A DNA stretch of 64,000 nucleotides from Sphagnum compactum (taxonomy: Eukaryota): NCBI GenBank assembly GCA_965153455.1, contig OZ234493.1, forward strand, positions 20,140,213-20,204,212, in the 5' to 3' direction. This document shows positions 52,449 to 64,000 of the stretch, one piece after another (position 1 is the first letter of the stretch; each line of letters starts with the position of its first letter). The position numbers were made by a program, and so were the translations under genes. The notes beneath the pieces are model-generated. The model had not been told where the DNA came from and did no database searches. It saw only the letters and a list, made by a program, of their open reading frames with translations.

Positions 52449-54242
52449 CTACTCTTTCAAGGTGTCCCATTTTGCACCATCTTTCTTGAAAGTTTATCTC
52501 CTCCTCCAGTGCTTCATATGGTTGCACAATAAAATAAAAACCCAGCCCACAGACTTGCTTGATAGACAGCAAGAGTCTTATATATGTCGTAGCTCTATAT
52601 AGCTTTTGCTACTACCCTTCACTCCTAAAAAGAATAATTAACAAGTTCAGGAAAGAGAAAGAAAAACTTCAATAAAGTAGGAACCCAATAAATTTCGAGA
52701 ACTTGACTGAAAATAAGACTCAACAATTGACATGAAGAGCCACAATGTTGTGACTCAAAAGCAATGTGAGAATATAAATGCGATTGCACAGAAAACTCCA
52801 CGAAAATCACACACACAAAACATATATGCTCATGTAACTAATTGTTGTATTGGTCCCAAGTCCCAACAACCCAAATCAACATAAAACACAGCAAGAATGA
52901 GTGCATTTGTAACCTCGTGAATGTTACTCATAAAGGTGCTAGGTTGCCCATTCATTTTCAACATGAATGGTAGTAGTGATTAGCACCAACAATTGCTGAA
53001 AACATGGACTAACGGGTGTAAGCATGGTAACATCTATCATAGCAAATGTAACCAGTGCTTGATGTTTCATGTTATTGAAAACGTAATTTAATTTTGTGTT
53101 GAAATTGTAGGATTACTTATATGATAACATTCATAATATATCATAGGAACTTGTGAATAAATTTAAAATAATCAAATGAATAAAAAAATATGAAAACACA
53201 CTAATAAAGCACTACAATGCCTTTAAGCAAAAAAAGGACATGTTTAATAACTTGAATTTTTCTAAATGACATATTTTTGACAAATTTTTAATGCAAGCCT
53301 TATCAAAGTACTATAAAGAAAATTATCATGATTTTTAAAGATTAAACTTTTTGTGAAATATTTCAAGAATAAAAAAAATCCAAAAAGCAATTCCAAAGGG
53401 ACGAGTGGCGCTCATGTTATCCTATTTGCACTTTAACACATTAACATACATAGTTCAAAAAGTATGATGAACAATGTATTCAAAAATTGAAAGCAAAGTA
53501 GTGTACGTTGTGTGTTTGTTTGAGAAAAGGTCCTGAAACCCTTTTTTTTTTGTTTGAGTTTGAAAGTCTAATGGAATTTCTTTTGCATCATATGTATTCA
53601 GGTCTTCATGATCCATTGGAAAGGGTGAAGAGGGAAAAAAAAAACCTTGGAGGATTTGGTTAAGGTTGAAAGAATGTTTTTTCCCCCTCTTGTTTGATGC
53701 TTGGTAATTTGCCTTCAGTGAAACTATTTGACTCGCATTTCTATTTTATATCATTCCAAAAGGGACATACTTCAAGTCTTTGGTTCTAGACTTGCAAGGT
53801 CCAAATATGCTCCCATTCACATTATGTTCTTTATTCAATAAACATGTTCATTGGCATTAAATATGGTTAATGAAAACTTAAGAGTTTTGGAAGATGGCCT
53901 TCAAGGCCCAAACCAATTTGTTGATGATTATATTGATGATCATTTGTTGATTGTTAAGTAAATAATTTCCCTTGAGGTTTTATTGACTTTGTTATTTTGT
54001 TCACAAATTCCTAAACACATATGGTATTTTGGGTCATTCTAAACATGGTCCATGGTATGTGGTTAGCTCCTTGTTAACACCCAATGCCCATGAAACAAAT
54101 GACAATGTGAAACTAGGACCCACTATATGGAGCTTTGAGTCTCCTCAAAGAACCTAAGTATGCCTTCATCACAAAAAAACAAATATGGACTCCACATGTG
54201 CCATTTTTTGGTCCATCTTAGTGTGTGATCAAGTTTTTTTTC

Positions 54243-55398
54243 ACCTTATGAAATACAAGTTAAAAGCATTTGATGAGTTTTTTCATTATAAGGAATTTGA
54301 AAAGAAAAAAAACTAACCATAAAATTGAAATTTTAAGATTAGACCATGGAGGTGAATACAAATTAGATGAATTTAAGGTGCAAGCATGGTAAAATATGCA
54401 AAAAGTATGGATATCCATTTTTACCTTGTATCATGCATATGAAAGTGATTTAAAATAACATCAAAATGAGTGGGAGTATAAACCAAAAAAATTTGTCCCA
54501 TCGAAATATTACATTTATAAAAATCTACCTCCAAAAGACTAAGAGCAAATAAGTTTTGAAAGTAAACAAGTATTGGGTTATTTATTGGTTAGTAAATTAA
54601 TATTCATGATTGGGGAGCCTTCAAATGAAATGCTCAATGAAATATACATATATTATGTTAAAATAGAAGGATCATTTTATTCTTAATCTACCCATCAAAA
54701 ATATATCTTGTTTTATATTTGTTAAAACATACTTAACATGTATTGAATCCACATTATAAAAGGAGATTTCAAGATTTGTTTTATTTTCAACACACTTTTA
54801 CAATGAAAATCTTGAAAATTAATGCATAATAATGATGAATTATCTTGTTTTCATTCATTAACAAAAACATTCAATGTATAGTAATCTTACAATGAATTTT
54901 GTTAACTATTTTTTGTAAATATAAATATTTACATTAGATTATAAGGTACAAAGATTTCCTTTTTTTAAAAAAATCCTTTAATTAATATTATCAAAGAGAA
55001 GGAACCAAAAAAGAATTTACAACAATTTATACACCACAACAAAATGGCATATTTGAAAGGAAAAAGAAAACACTAATAAGCATTATATATCGGCTATGTT
55101 TTTCCATGCCAAACTACCTACAATTTCTGAGGGGGAGGTTTTAATGCTTGAACATTATTTGCAAAATACATGTCCTACAAAAACTTTAAATGATAATGAA
55201 ACTTCATATGAATTATGGTTTGGTTATATATTAGATTTATCCAACCTAAAAATCTTTGATTGTAAATCCCATATTTTAATTCATAAAAAACTTAAACAAA
55301 CATTAGATACATGCTCAATACAATGTATTTTTTAGGATATAGTGATGAATTTAAAACATGCCATTTTATGAAAACTAAAAAAAAATCAATAATCATTC
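54243..55398 (+). mobile_element. Ty1/copia integrase fragment split by an ~600-bp AT-rich insertion (~54377-54977)
   Basis: LMKYKLKAFDEF..KIEILRLDHGGEYKLDEF (54243-54376) resumes as EFTTIYTPQQNG..MFFHAKLP..SYELWFG..DLSNLKIFDCKSHILIHK..CIFLGYS (~54980-55398). Confidence 0.85.
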
Positions 55399-55400
55399 CA

Positions 55401-55765
55401 CACTACTAGAATTTTTGATTTTCAAACAATCCAAGTTGATTGATTATTGACTAATCCTTTTTATTTAATAGACATGTCCATTTTGACTAAAGGCCTAAAA
55501 CATGTGTTTTTTGACCAATCAACTTGACTAGAATGACCTATTTAACCAATACATCAAATCAAGTTAAACAACCTTAGTCAAAATGGCCAACGAGCTTTAA
55601 TCATATGAGACATATAATCAAATTTGAACATAAAAATTGACATCATTAGTCAAGATGATCAATGTTCTCTAATCAAATGGGACATTTCATAACTATTACA
55701 TACTTACCTCTTACCTCCCACCTACAATCTTATAACCTACCTATCTACATACCAACCCACCCATG
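55401..55765. mobile_element. CACTA element, left part; same family as 25078
   Basis: CACTACTAGAATTTTTG...CAAGTTGA...TAATAGACATGTCCATTTTGAC...AATCAACTTGA...TAGTCAAGATG is colinear with 25078-25800 minus the MITE. It is followed by an (ACCT)n-like tract. The right end was not identified. Confidence 0.65.
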
Positions 55766-57119
55766 TAGATGACAATCATGACCAAAAATGCCACCATGTG
55801 TAACACTAGCTTGATAAAATGCAAAGACAAACAAACCTAGCTACAAAACCATAAGGAAAATGAGGACACCATGCTTGCATTGCCATCAAAAATTTTAGGT
55901 TTTTCAAAAGTCTACTTCCCCATGACTATTGATGTAAAACCCCATCGTTTTAACTAAATCTAGACCACAGAAAACATGTGAATATTTTAATAAAAATGGA
56001 ACAATTTTGAACTTGAAACATTTTGCAAACATGATAAATGGCATTGTTTGGTTATAGAATGTAAATTGCAATCAAGTTCAAATAAATTGTTTAAAAGTGT
56101 ACAAATCCTGCCAAATTACTCATTTTGTTTTGAAAAATGATCATAATTTCAAATCATGCCAAAATATGATAATTACTTTTAAGCTTTAGTTTTTTGTATT
56201 AGAAACCATAATTTTGTTCCTATGTCATACACATTATGACCCATTTACATCTAGCAAACATCTTTTGAAATTTGAACATTCTTAAATTATATTTTGAATT
56301 TCTAAAAATATCAAGTACCACAATTTTCTTAATTACGAGTGTTTTTCATGTGTGGATGGTAGGTTATCATCATTTGAAATTTTTCCCATCAAATTTCTTC
56401 ATTAAAAGAGTCCTTAACTTAATGTTTTATAAAATTGATTCTGTGTTAAAATTCAAAAGTGATTTACTAAAACCAAAACTCAATTTATTAGATAAATTTA
56501 TTTATTTTTGAATTTTTCAACACTCATAAAAATCATTTAGCACAAATTTCCTTGATCAACATGACATTAAATTGACATTACATAAATATATTTGACAAAA
56601 TTGATAGTTTTTCGATTGTCCAATATGGTTTTTGGTTCGTTTGACTATGATCGCACCATTTCCCCTTTTGTATTCCTAATCGTTTCAATGTTGACAAGTG
56701 TTACGTAATTATCAACTTATTAGAAATGACATTATACCCCTATTGGTTATCAAGGTGGTTTTCTAATCTCATAACAACATGTCTTGCAAAAACAAAAATG
56801 GTAATTATTAGTGTTGGGTGGTTATGAATTTTTTTAATAACCACCCATTCCGATTCTAAGATTTTTTTAACAACCAAACTAGTTTTTTTTTTTTTTTCTC
56901 ATTTTAATACCTAGACTGATTCTTTTTTTTTTGTCTTTTCTTTTTATTAGTCCAGTTTTCTCACAAACGTTTATTTCTCCATTAAGATTAATCATTTAAA
57001 TTTTGTTGATTTAAAAAATTAATTTAAATTTAAAATTTGAACTTTAAAAACATTTAAAGATTCTAATATGCCAAAAGAAAAACCAACAAACCTCATTACG
57101 AGGAAATTTTTTAAAATTT

Positions 57120-59530
57120 TAATCATCATTCAATTTTTCTCATTCAAATGAACCATCAAATTCATCTAACTCCTCCTCTAAATCTATTTCAGAATCTATC
57201 AATTTTATTAAGGTAGAAGGGGTCTTGCAACCAACTCTTACATCATTAGGCCAATTCTTACTCACAAAGATTAACTCTCAAGCTATTCTAATTGTAAACG
57301 ACACCTTCCCAAATTGATAATATACCAACAAGGGAAAATATTCTTTTAATTTCTATTTGAAAACTCACAATTCCTAATATTTGTCTAGTTAAAAAGCCAA
57401 TAGTTGGGAACATAGATTCATGTTCCTCCACCAGTACTCCAAAGAACATTTGATCTCCTTTGCATCCACCTGAAATCTATGAAATATCATTAGTTCTCGA
57501 TTCACAAGCTCTTTTGTTGATTCATTAGTGCCAACCACGATCTCAAAGATATCCAAATTATTATCTTCATCAAAAGTGGCAATAAAAGAGTTTTTAGTTT
57601 GAGGTAGTGGATGCAAATGGTGATAAGACTTCAAGAGCATAAGAAACAACAATTTTTTATCATACTTTGTAGTTGTGGCAACCCTAATACCACCTATAAA
57701 AATAGATTAATCTCAAATCTTTAAATATAGGATCCAACATTAAGGTTAACATATTGTGAACTCTTTTCCCATCATATCTTGTTAAGAAAGAGAGGAAAAA
57801 TCAATGAGCCCAATAACTTCCATCTTCATGTTTCTTGCAAAAGTTCTTATTTCAACATCTAAACCAAAATCATCATCAACAAACAAATTCAACATAGGAA
57901 AAATGTTTTTTCCTTTATTTAAGGCTTAGGGATATGGATATTTGTAAGGCATCATTTAACAACCAATGGCCTTTGGATTGCTTCAAGATGCAAGTAGTTA
58001 TAATTGATGACAAAATGTATAAAATGATCTTTGATATATGCCATGTAAGAGGAGGAGGTACATGATGTATAGTTCAAAGCCTAATCTTCATGTTGTACCA
58101 CAAGACAATAGTTTCACAAAATTGGGGTGTTTCTTGAAACATTATCACCTTGCTTACAAACTTGCACAAATGAAATCTAAAATGAAACATCCATATTTTA
58201 ACAAATTGACAAATAAATGCAAATTGGAATTTATTTTTAAAAAAACTAAAAATAACCTGTATTTTACCTTATGTTAACTATTGTATTCAATTTTCTAAGT
58301 TTTGGCTTGCATTAATGCAAGCCTTCATCTGTTCTTGCCTTCCTTTTCCTAAATTTTTTGGCCTTGAAATACATTTCTAAAAGTTTGTTTGAACAGATTC
58401 TATGGAAACATATATGACACCTCTACAAACTCTTTCATCAACAATTACATGTTGATAGGCCTTAGAGAAAGCATGTCCAAAAGCATGTGCCTTAGAAACT
58501 TTTAGTCATAACTAATGCTTCACAATTAACAATTGCTTTCAAGGCAACTATCATGGCATTTAAATTAGCCCCTTCATCTTTGACAGAATCAAATTTTTTA
58601 AAATCAATCCATGTTGTTCCAAAATATTTTTGAGATTATTTGCCAATGCAAGTCATAAAGTTTTAAAAGCTTCAAACAATCCAATAATTATATGTTTTGG
58701 CACCCAATCCTATCTTTAAAAATAACTACTAATGCAAAAATGTCATGTGCCCCTTTGGACATCCACAAATTGAAACTTATTTTGGTAGACACACATTCTA
58801 CCAAAACTGGTAAAACATATGTTTGTTTGGTTTTTCATAATAGGTCTTATAACACCTTTTGGTTGAACACTTTTTTAGAAAGGAAAATTACACAAGGGCA
58901 TAATTGTAATACCATAAATTTTAGCCACATGGTCTCAACAAATTAAATGGGTAAATGTCTCTTCACAACAAAAAGACCAAAATTTTCAAAATTTCTTTCT
59001 AATTCACATTATCCTTTTTGTAAAAATCTATGGCCCCAAAGAACTTAAAGATTTCATTACTAGTTATTGTGGTCTTCTTCTTTGCATGTTGCCTTTCCAT
59101 AGGATTTTTTATGTTATTGTTCACTTCCTCTTCAAATTTCGTTGCAAGTATGATTTGCATCCACATGTTTTTTCAAACCAGTTATTCCATTATTCTTAAG
59201 ATATGAAACTAATCTTTTCTTCAACCTAGTTCTTTACTTTAAGATTGCAAAATTTATTGATTTTTTCATAACATAACATACAACACATGACTTGTGGGAT
59301 CTACACATCAACTTTTGATTCATCATCAAATTTTTTTAAAAACCCAAGTAGGAGAATTTCTTCTATTCATGCAATTTTTGATGGATTAATATCATGTTAT
59401 TTTCATTTTTTGACAAAAAACTAAAGATTTTCATAGACTCTTCAACTTTTTCCTCTTTAGATCTCCTTAGCAAAAAATTTCACTTTCATTTACAATTAGA
59501 TCATAATCAACAACATTTGGTTCCATTTTC
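57120..59530 (-). pseudogene. hAT transposase pseudogene (C-terminal hAT dimerisation domain recognisable)
   Basis: KELVNRELMIFHRFQVDAKEIKCSLEYWW.., RQILGIVSFQIEIKRIFSLVGIL and LIFVSKNWPNDVRVGCK match the hAT C-terminal region. VCMLCYEK near 59280 is possibly a BED finger. There are many stops. Confidence 0.8.
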
Positions 59531-60111
59531 TTAAGGTATGTTATAGGACCTAGGAAAAGGAACCAAATAGGTATATGTAGTAGTTTCGACAAGTTTCAAT
59601 TTCTGCTAACAATCTATGCAATCAAAAACATTTACAAACAAGATAATTTATTTTTCATAATGTAAATTATTGCAAGTGTGATTATGAAAATAAAAAATAT
59701 ATTTTTAAAGGTTCCATAGTGGAGAATTGCACTTTGCATTGAAAAAACTAGCAGCTACAAAATCTTGCCAAAACAAAAGCATAAAAGAAATAAAAAAATT
59801 CAAGGCCAAAAAATCAACAACTAAAAGAAGGAAAGAAAAAAAAAGAAAAGGGTTTAGAGAAACATACCTTATGAATGTGAAGATTTCAAAACATGTTTGA
59901 TATAGGAACTCTAAACATATAAAAACAGCAACAACTACACATAAACATGGATCAAATTTGAAAAATACAAAACAAAAACAAAAACAAAATCAAATTGAAA
60001 TGAAAAAGGTTAGAAAGTTACTTTGGATTTAGATGTAGTGGCTCCACTAGTACCAGCTCGACTAGCAACAACAACTCCCACTAGCAACTCTGAAAGTAGC
60101 AGGGAAAGCCA

Positions 60112-60410
60112 AAGAGCAAGAACACATAAAGTGAGGAATGTTGAAAGCAAAAGCACATAGAGTGAGGAACACCCATAGCAAGAGCACATAGAGTGAGGAA
60201 TGTCCAAAGCAAAAGGACACAAAGCAAGGATCACCAAGAGCAAGAGGTCACAAAACGAGGAGCGCTTAGAGCAAGAGCACAAATAGTGAGGAGTGCCTAA
60301 AACAAGAGCACATAGAACAGGAGCGCCCAAAGCCATAGCACATAGAGCGAGAACACACAAAATGAACAACATCAAGAGCAAGAGCACATAGAGAGAGGAG
60401 TGCCCAAAAG
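60112..60410. repeat. ~31-bp imperfect tandem array near the hAT 5' end
   Basis: Repeated AGCAAGAGCACATAGAGTGAGGA-like units, about 9-10 copies. Confidence 0.85.
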
Positions 60411-61647
60411 CTTTAATTGAAGCTTGCCTCCTTGCAATTGCAACAACAAGAGCGAGAGAACTGGTTGAAACCCAACTTGACTTTGGACAAAAACTCCATA
60501 CCCCCCTAACATTGGTAGTTATTGGATTTTAAGATTCTTTTAAAATCGAAACCAATGGTTATTAACAAAATCAGGTACCCACACAATGAGTGTATTTACC
60601 CCATTTGCAATTGTAATTTAGTAGTACTGTTTTGGAAGAACCATGGTCTGAGTGTGAATTGTCCTCTGAAATGAACCCAGTGTATAATGCTTGTCACTGA
60701 AAGACTTGGTCTCAATTGCAGTGATGTCAGTAGAGGATCACTACCCACACCCACTAATTTGGCCTCTATTAGTATCTACAAGATTCGACATACAGTGTAA
60801 ATAATCCCAATCACCACCCATAAATACGAAAGATGGACAGTACAATGCGAGAGAGACTAATTAGATGTTGCCACCTGGGTCAATCATAATGACTTGCCAA
60901 TCAAAAACAGTTATTTTCCCTTTACTGGCCCTTTTGGAGGGCACTGTAAAGTGATCATAAGCACAGGCCCCAATTGGGTCGCACTATTGCGCTGCCATAC
61001 TTCATCCAAACAATATGTACAGCCCATTTTACTGCTGTGGGTGGAGATGTATCTGCTTCTGACTCCTGAAGTTAAATGGAGTTATTCCTGTAATTGCAAG
61101 TTCTGTACATGGTAACGGGGTGATGATGATTGTAAGTTTGCATTATTGTGCATGAGAAGGGATGCATTCTCCCTCTTTGCAAATCACCAGGGCAAAGTTG
61201 AATGTGCTCTCTTAAGGGGCATGTTCCCTAGTGCAAAGGTCCATAGATGACATGAAAATCGGCAAGGACCTATAAAGAGTCAGCCTCCCTGGAATTATTC
61301 CATCTTATGATCATCGTTCATGCTGTGACACAGTTTGATTGCCTCCAATTTGATTAAAAAATAAATTCCCATTGTCAATTTAGTTCATTGTGCACAGGTG
61401 GTTGGTTTATCACCTGAGCAAATTGTTATATGTTTGTCATATTCATGAGCTTGACAGTGAGTTTGGTCCTGTTTTGCTCAGTCTATGTGAGAGACTCACT
61501 CATGTACCTACCTATTGCTTAATTAGTTCGATACTGAGAACAAAACTCTGCAATGTGCATGTCATGTTGGTGTACTTAGTACACCTAAGTACACCAGTTC
61601 CATGGGCATTCCCAAAATGTGAGGCTGGAGTCTGACTATCACCCTGG

Positions 61648-61933
61648 CAGTGTTTTTTTTTTCTCAATTTTGCAATTAGCCTAACTGAAGTGGTGGTCAT
61701 CCATAAGATGATTTAGCCAGATTCAGCTATTAATCTTTTTGAAAGTTAACAAAGTTAAAGCACCCATCTACATTTTGACTACCAAGTGGAGCTTAATATA
61801 GAATCTGGTGATTTTATTTTAACTAATTGTTGACTCAAAAACCCAAGAACACATACTTTTCACCCTTTTGAAAAAGAAATTCACCATTTGGCAAAACTTC
61901 ACCAGAGGAAAAAAAACAAATGAACAAACACTG
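61648..61933. mobile_element. Short MITE with CAGTGTTT...AAACACTG termini (hAT-like)
   Basis: An 8-bp perfect TIR with T/A-run subtermini. Similar ends occur at ~15695 and ~1862. The TSD is not evident. Confidence 0.5.
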
Positions 61934-62810
61934 CTTCCTCCTGGGCAACTTATTTAGGCAATGCCCCCCACCCAGGGTTTTTCACTACACTTAAATCCTT
62001 CCCACAATGAATCTTTTTTATGGTTGTTCATGTCGACAATATTTCCTCTTTGGTGGTGATGGGTGGGTTTAAACTTTCAATATGCATATAATTCAGATAC
62101 TGTAGTACCTAGGCAGCTTCAACACATGTTTGTTGAATAATTAATTAATATTGAAATTTTCATTTCAACAAATAGAATATTTTTGACAATTCAATAATTC
62201 CCTTCACAATTTTTTTAATTACAAAATTTATGAAAATAATATAATTAATGTCAAAGCTGCCAAGAAAGAATGATATTTCCTCTTCTAGGATGATGCATGG
62301 GTGGGTTTCAAATTTCAACCCATATATTTTGGATAGTTTTGATTCTGTGATGATGGATGGGTGGGTCATTGAGGAAGCAGAAAATATGAAAGAAACTATA
62401 CTCCGACAAACCATTTGCAATAAAGCTAACAATCAAGAGGTGGGTTGATAACTACTTTTTGTGAGAGCAACCAATTCCATCAAATGTGCTCACCCCAAGA
62501 AACAGGAAGCTTTATTCTAAAACTTTTTTCCTTATCTTCACACGAAAGCAAGGCAACCTGCCAACCACAGAGGTCTCCTCTCATTTTTTTCCCATGTATT
62601 TTCGGTGTGTAAAGTAGAGAGAAGGGAGGCACGTATCAATAGATTGTTGCTTGCTTCTCTCTCATCCTCCAGTAAGTACTAAGGAAACCCCTCCTTGATA
62701 AAGAACTAATACTTAAGTAAGTTAAGGTGCATTCACACCTAATGTTAAGTCAATGTGATGCAAAAATCTAGGTGGCAACCGTTGTTAAATGGGTGATTGT
62801 TTAATATTAA

Positions 62811-63021
62811 AGGTGCACTCACACTTGGCGTTAGGGATTCTAGTGTTGAGTCCCCTAACACCAAGCTAGTTATTTAGGACTTACATCTACTTACCATAAG
62901 TGAATATTAACTTAACATAAAAATCTTTGTGGTAAATAGGTTTAGGTTCTAAATGATTAGCTTGGTGTTGTTAGGGGACTTAATAATACCTGAGTCCTTA
63001 ACACCAAGTGTGAATGCACCT
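62811..63021. mobile_element. PIF/Harbinger (Tourist-like) MITE with ~85-bp inverted arms
   Basis: AGGTGCACTCACACTTGGCGTTAGGGA..AGTCCCCTAACACCAAGCTA pairs with the reverse complement of ..TAGCTTGGTGTTGTTAGGGGACT..AACACCAAGTGTGAATGCACCT. The flanks are TAA and TTA. A related terminus GGTGCATTCACAC sits at 62726. Confidence 0.8.
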
Positions 63022-63794
63022 TTATTCCATGTTTCTAACACTCAGCCAGTACCTGAAATGGTGGGATATTCTGAACATTTTATTAACCTTGTTATTCTCT
63101 CAAAAGCTGTAACATTTTCAGCAAGTGAGAAGAGAGATCGAACTACTAAAACCATATATTATTAAAACTCCTTTCACTATTCAACCAAAGAAGTAAACCA
63201 TCCTTATTAGGATTTTGGCATATAAATTTCATTTGTTTTAAATGACAGTTGTTGTTGGGGTCTACAAGTATTCCAAATTCCAATCATTTTCTGGCAAATT
63301 ATATGGCTCGCAAAATGACATTCAACAACCCATTGCTTGTACTTAACATGTTAATTGATTTAGTTTTGGGCTGGATTACGAAACAAATTATTGGATTCTG
63401 GTAATCTTTCTGTTTTGTATGTGGTTTGGGAGTAGAAAAATTCTGCAGGATCTAGAATCTAGAGCTTTGTGCTAACACTTTATTCCAAGGGCACATTTGC
63501 AAAGAAACTCTGTACTTTGTTGAGAGTAAGTCCAAGGGCAGCAATAAAATGGCCCACCGCACTTTGCCCGAAGTACAGACCTCGATAGCCTGAAAATAAG
63601 TTCCAAGGTCCGGATATTTGGACTTTTAAATTTCGACAGAATATAGTGGTCTTCACTTTTTTAATGCCAATTTAAAAAATAAAAAATCTGTTTTTGATTG
63701 GTCAGCCATAATGATTGGACATGGTGGTGGCATGGTTATATAAAAAAATTAGGGTCTTTTTTTTTCACAAACTAGCAGAATTAGTCGAATTTAC

Positions 63795-63910
63795 CAATGT
63801 TGAGCAGGTACCCAGTTTGGTGCGTTAGAACTGTCATTCAGGTTCCAATTAGTAAGAATCAGAATCAGATTTTTGTTTAATTTCATGAACTGGACCCAGA
63901 ACTGGGAAAA
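63795..63910. mobile_element. Left end of a hAT-like MITE (CAGTGTTGGG family)
   Basis: CAATGTTGAGCAGGTACCCAGTTTGG resembles the reverse complement of the 18848-18877 terminus. It may extend beyond the window. Confidence 0.45.
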
Positions 63911-64000
63911 AATTCCCAAATTTTTTCCAACTATTTTGTCCAAAAAATCACAAAATAATGATATGTCCAAAAAGAAACACCGGGAGGTGGGATATAAATA

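Larger units (their letters stand above)
56809..60514 (-). mobile_element. Full-length decayed hAT DNA transposon, ~3.7 kb
   Basis: The ends are TAGTGTTGGG (56809) and CCCTAACATTG (60514). The 8-bp TSD is GTAATTAT (56801-56808) / GTAGTTAT (60515-60522), a 7/8 match. It contains a transposase pseudogene. Confidence 0.85.

Noticed and set aside
60010-60387. 125-aa hydrophobic, Cys-rich ORF
   Set aside because: It is the translation of the 31-bp tandem array inside the hAT element.

Overview
Eukaryotic, AT-rich, CpG-depleted land-plant genomic DNA with GT-AG introns. A bryophyte such as a peat moss is inferred from plant-type genes together with a sperm-flagellar gene. Most of the window is decayed and nested transposons: a non-autonomous Helitron, CACTA elements, a hAT element and hAT-like MITEs, a Tourist-like MITE, an unclassified MITE with 4-bp TSDs, Ty1/copia remnants and a possible LINE remnant. 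Two genes look intact, both on the + strand. One is an 8-exon RTN4IP1-like NAD(P)H quinone oxidoreductase (44539-47127, 370 aa). The other is a 2-exon SHIPPO/ODF3-type repeat protein (49068-52448, 761 aa, 24 PGPGxY repeats). Two pseudogenes lie on the - strand: a GA-oxidase-like 2-oxoglutarate dioxygenase (~16440-17440) and a SURP+CID (CHERP-like) gene (~42037-43518) flanked by unidentified coding-like remnants. The most interesting signal is a higher-order 12-repeat (and weaker 6-repeat) periodicity inside the SHIPPO protein. All calls were made by eye without database searches.
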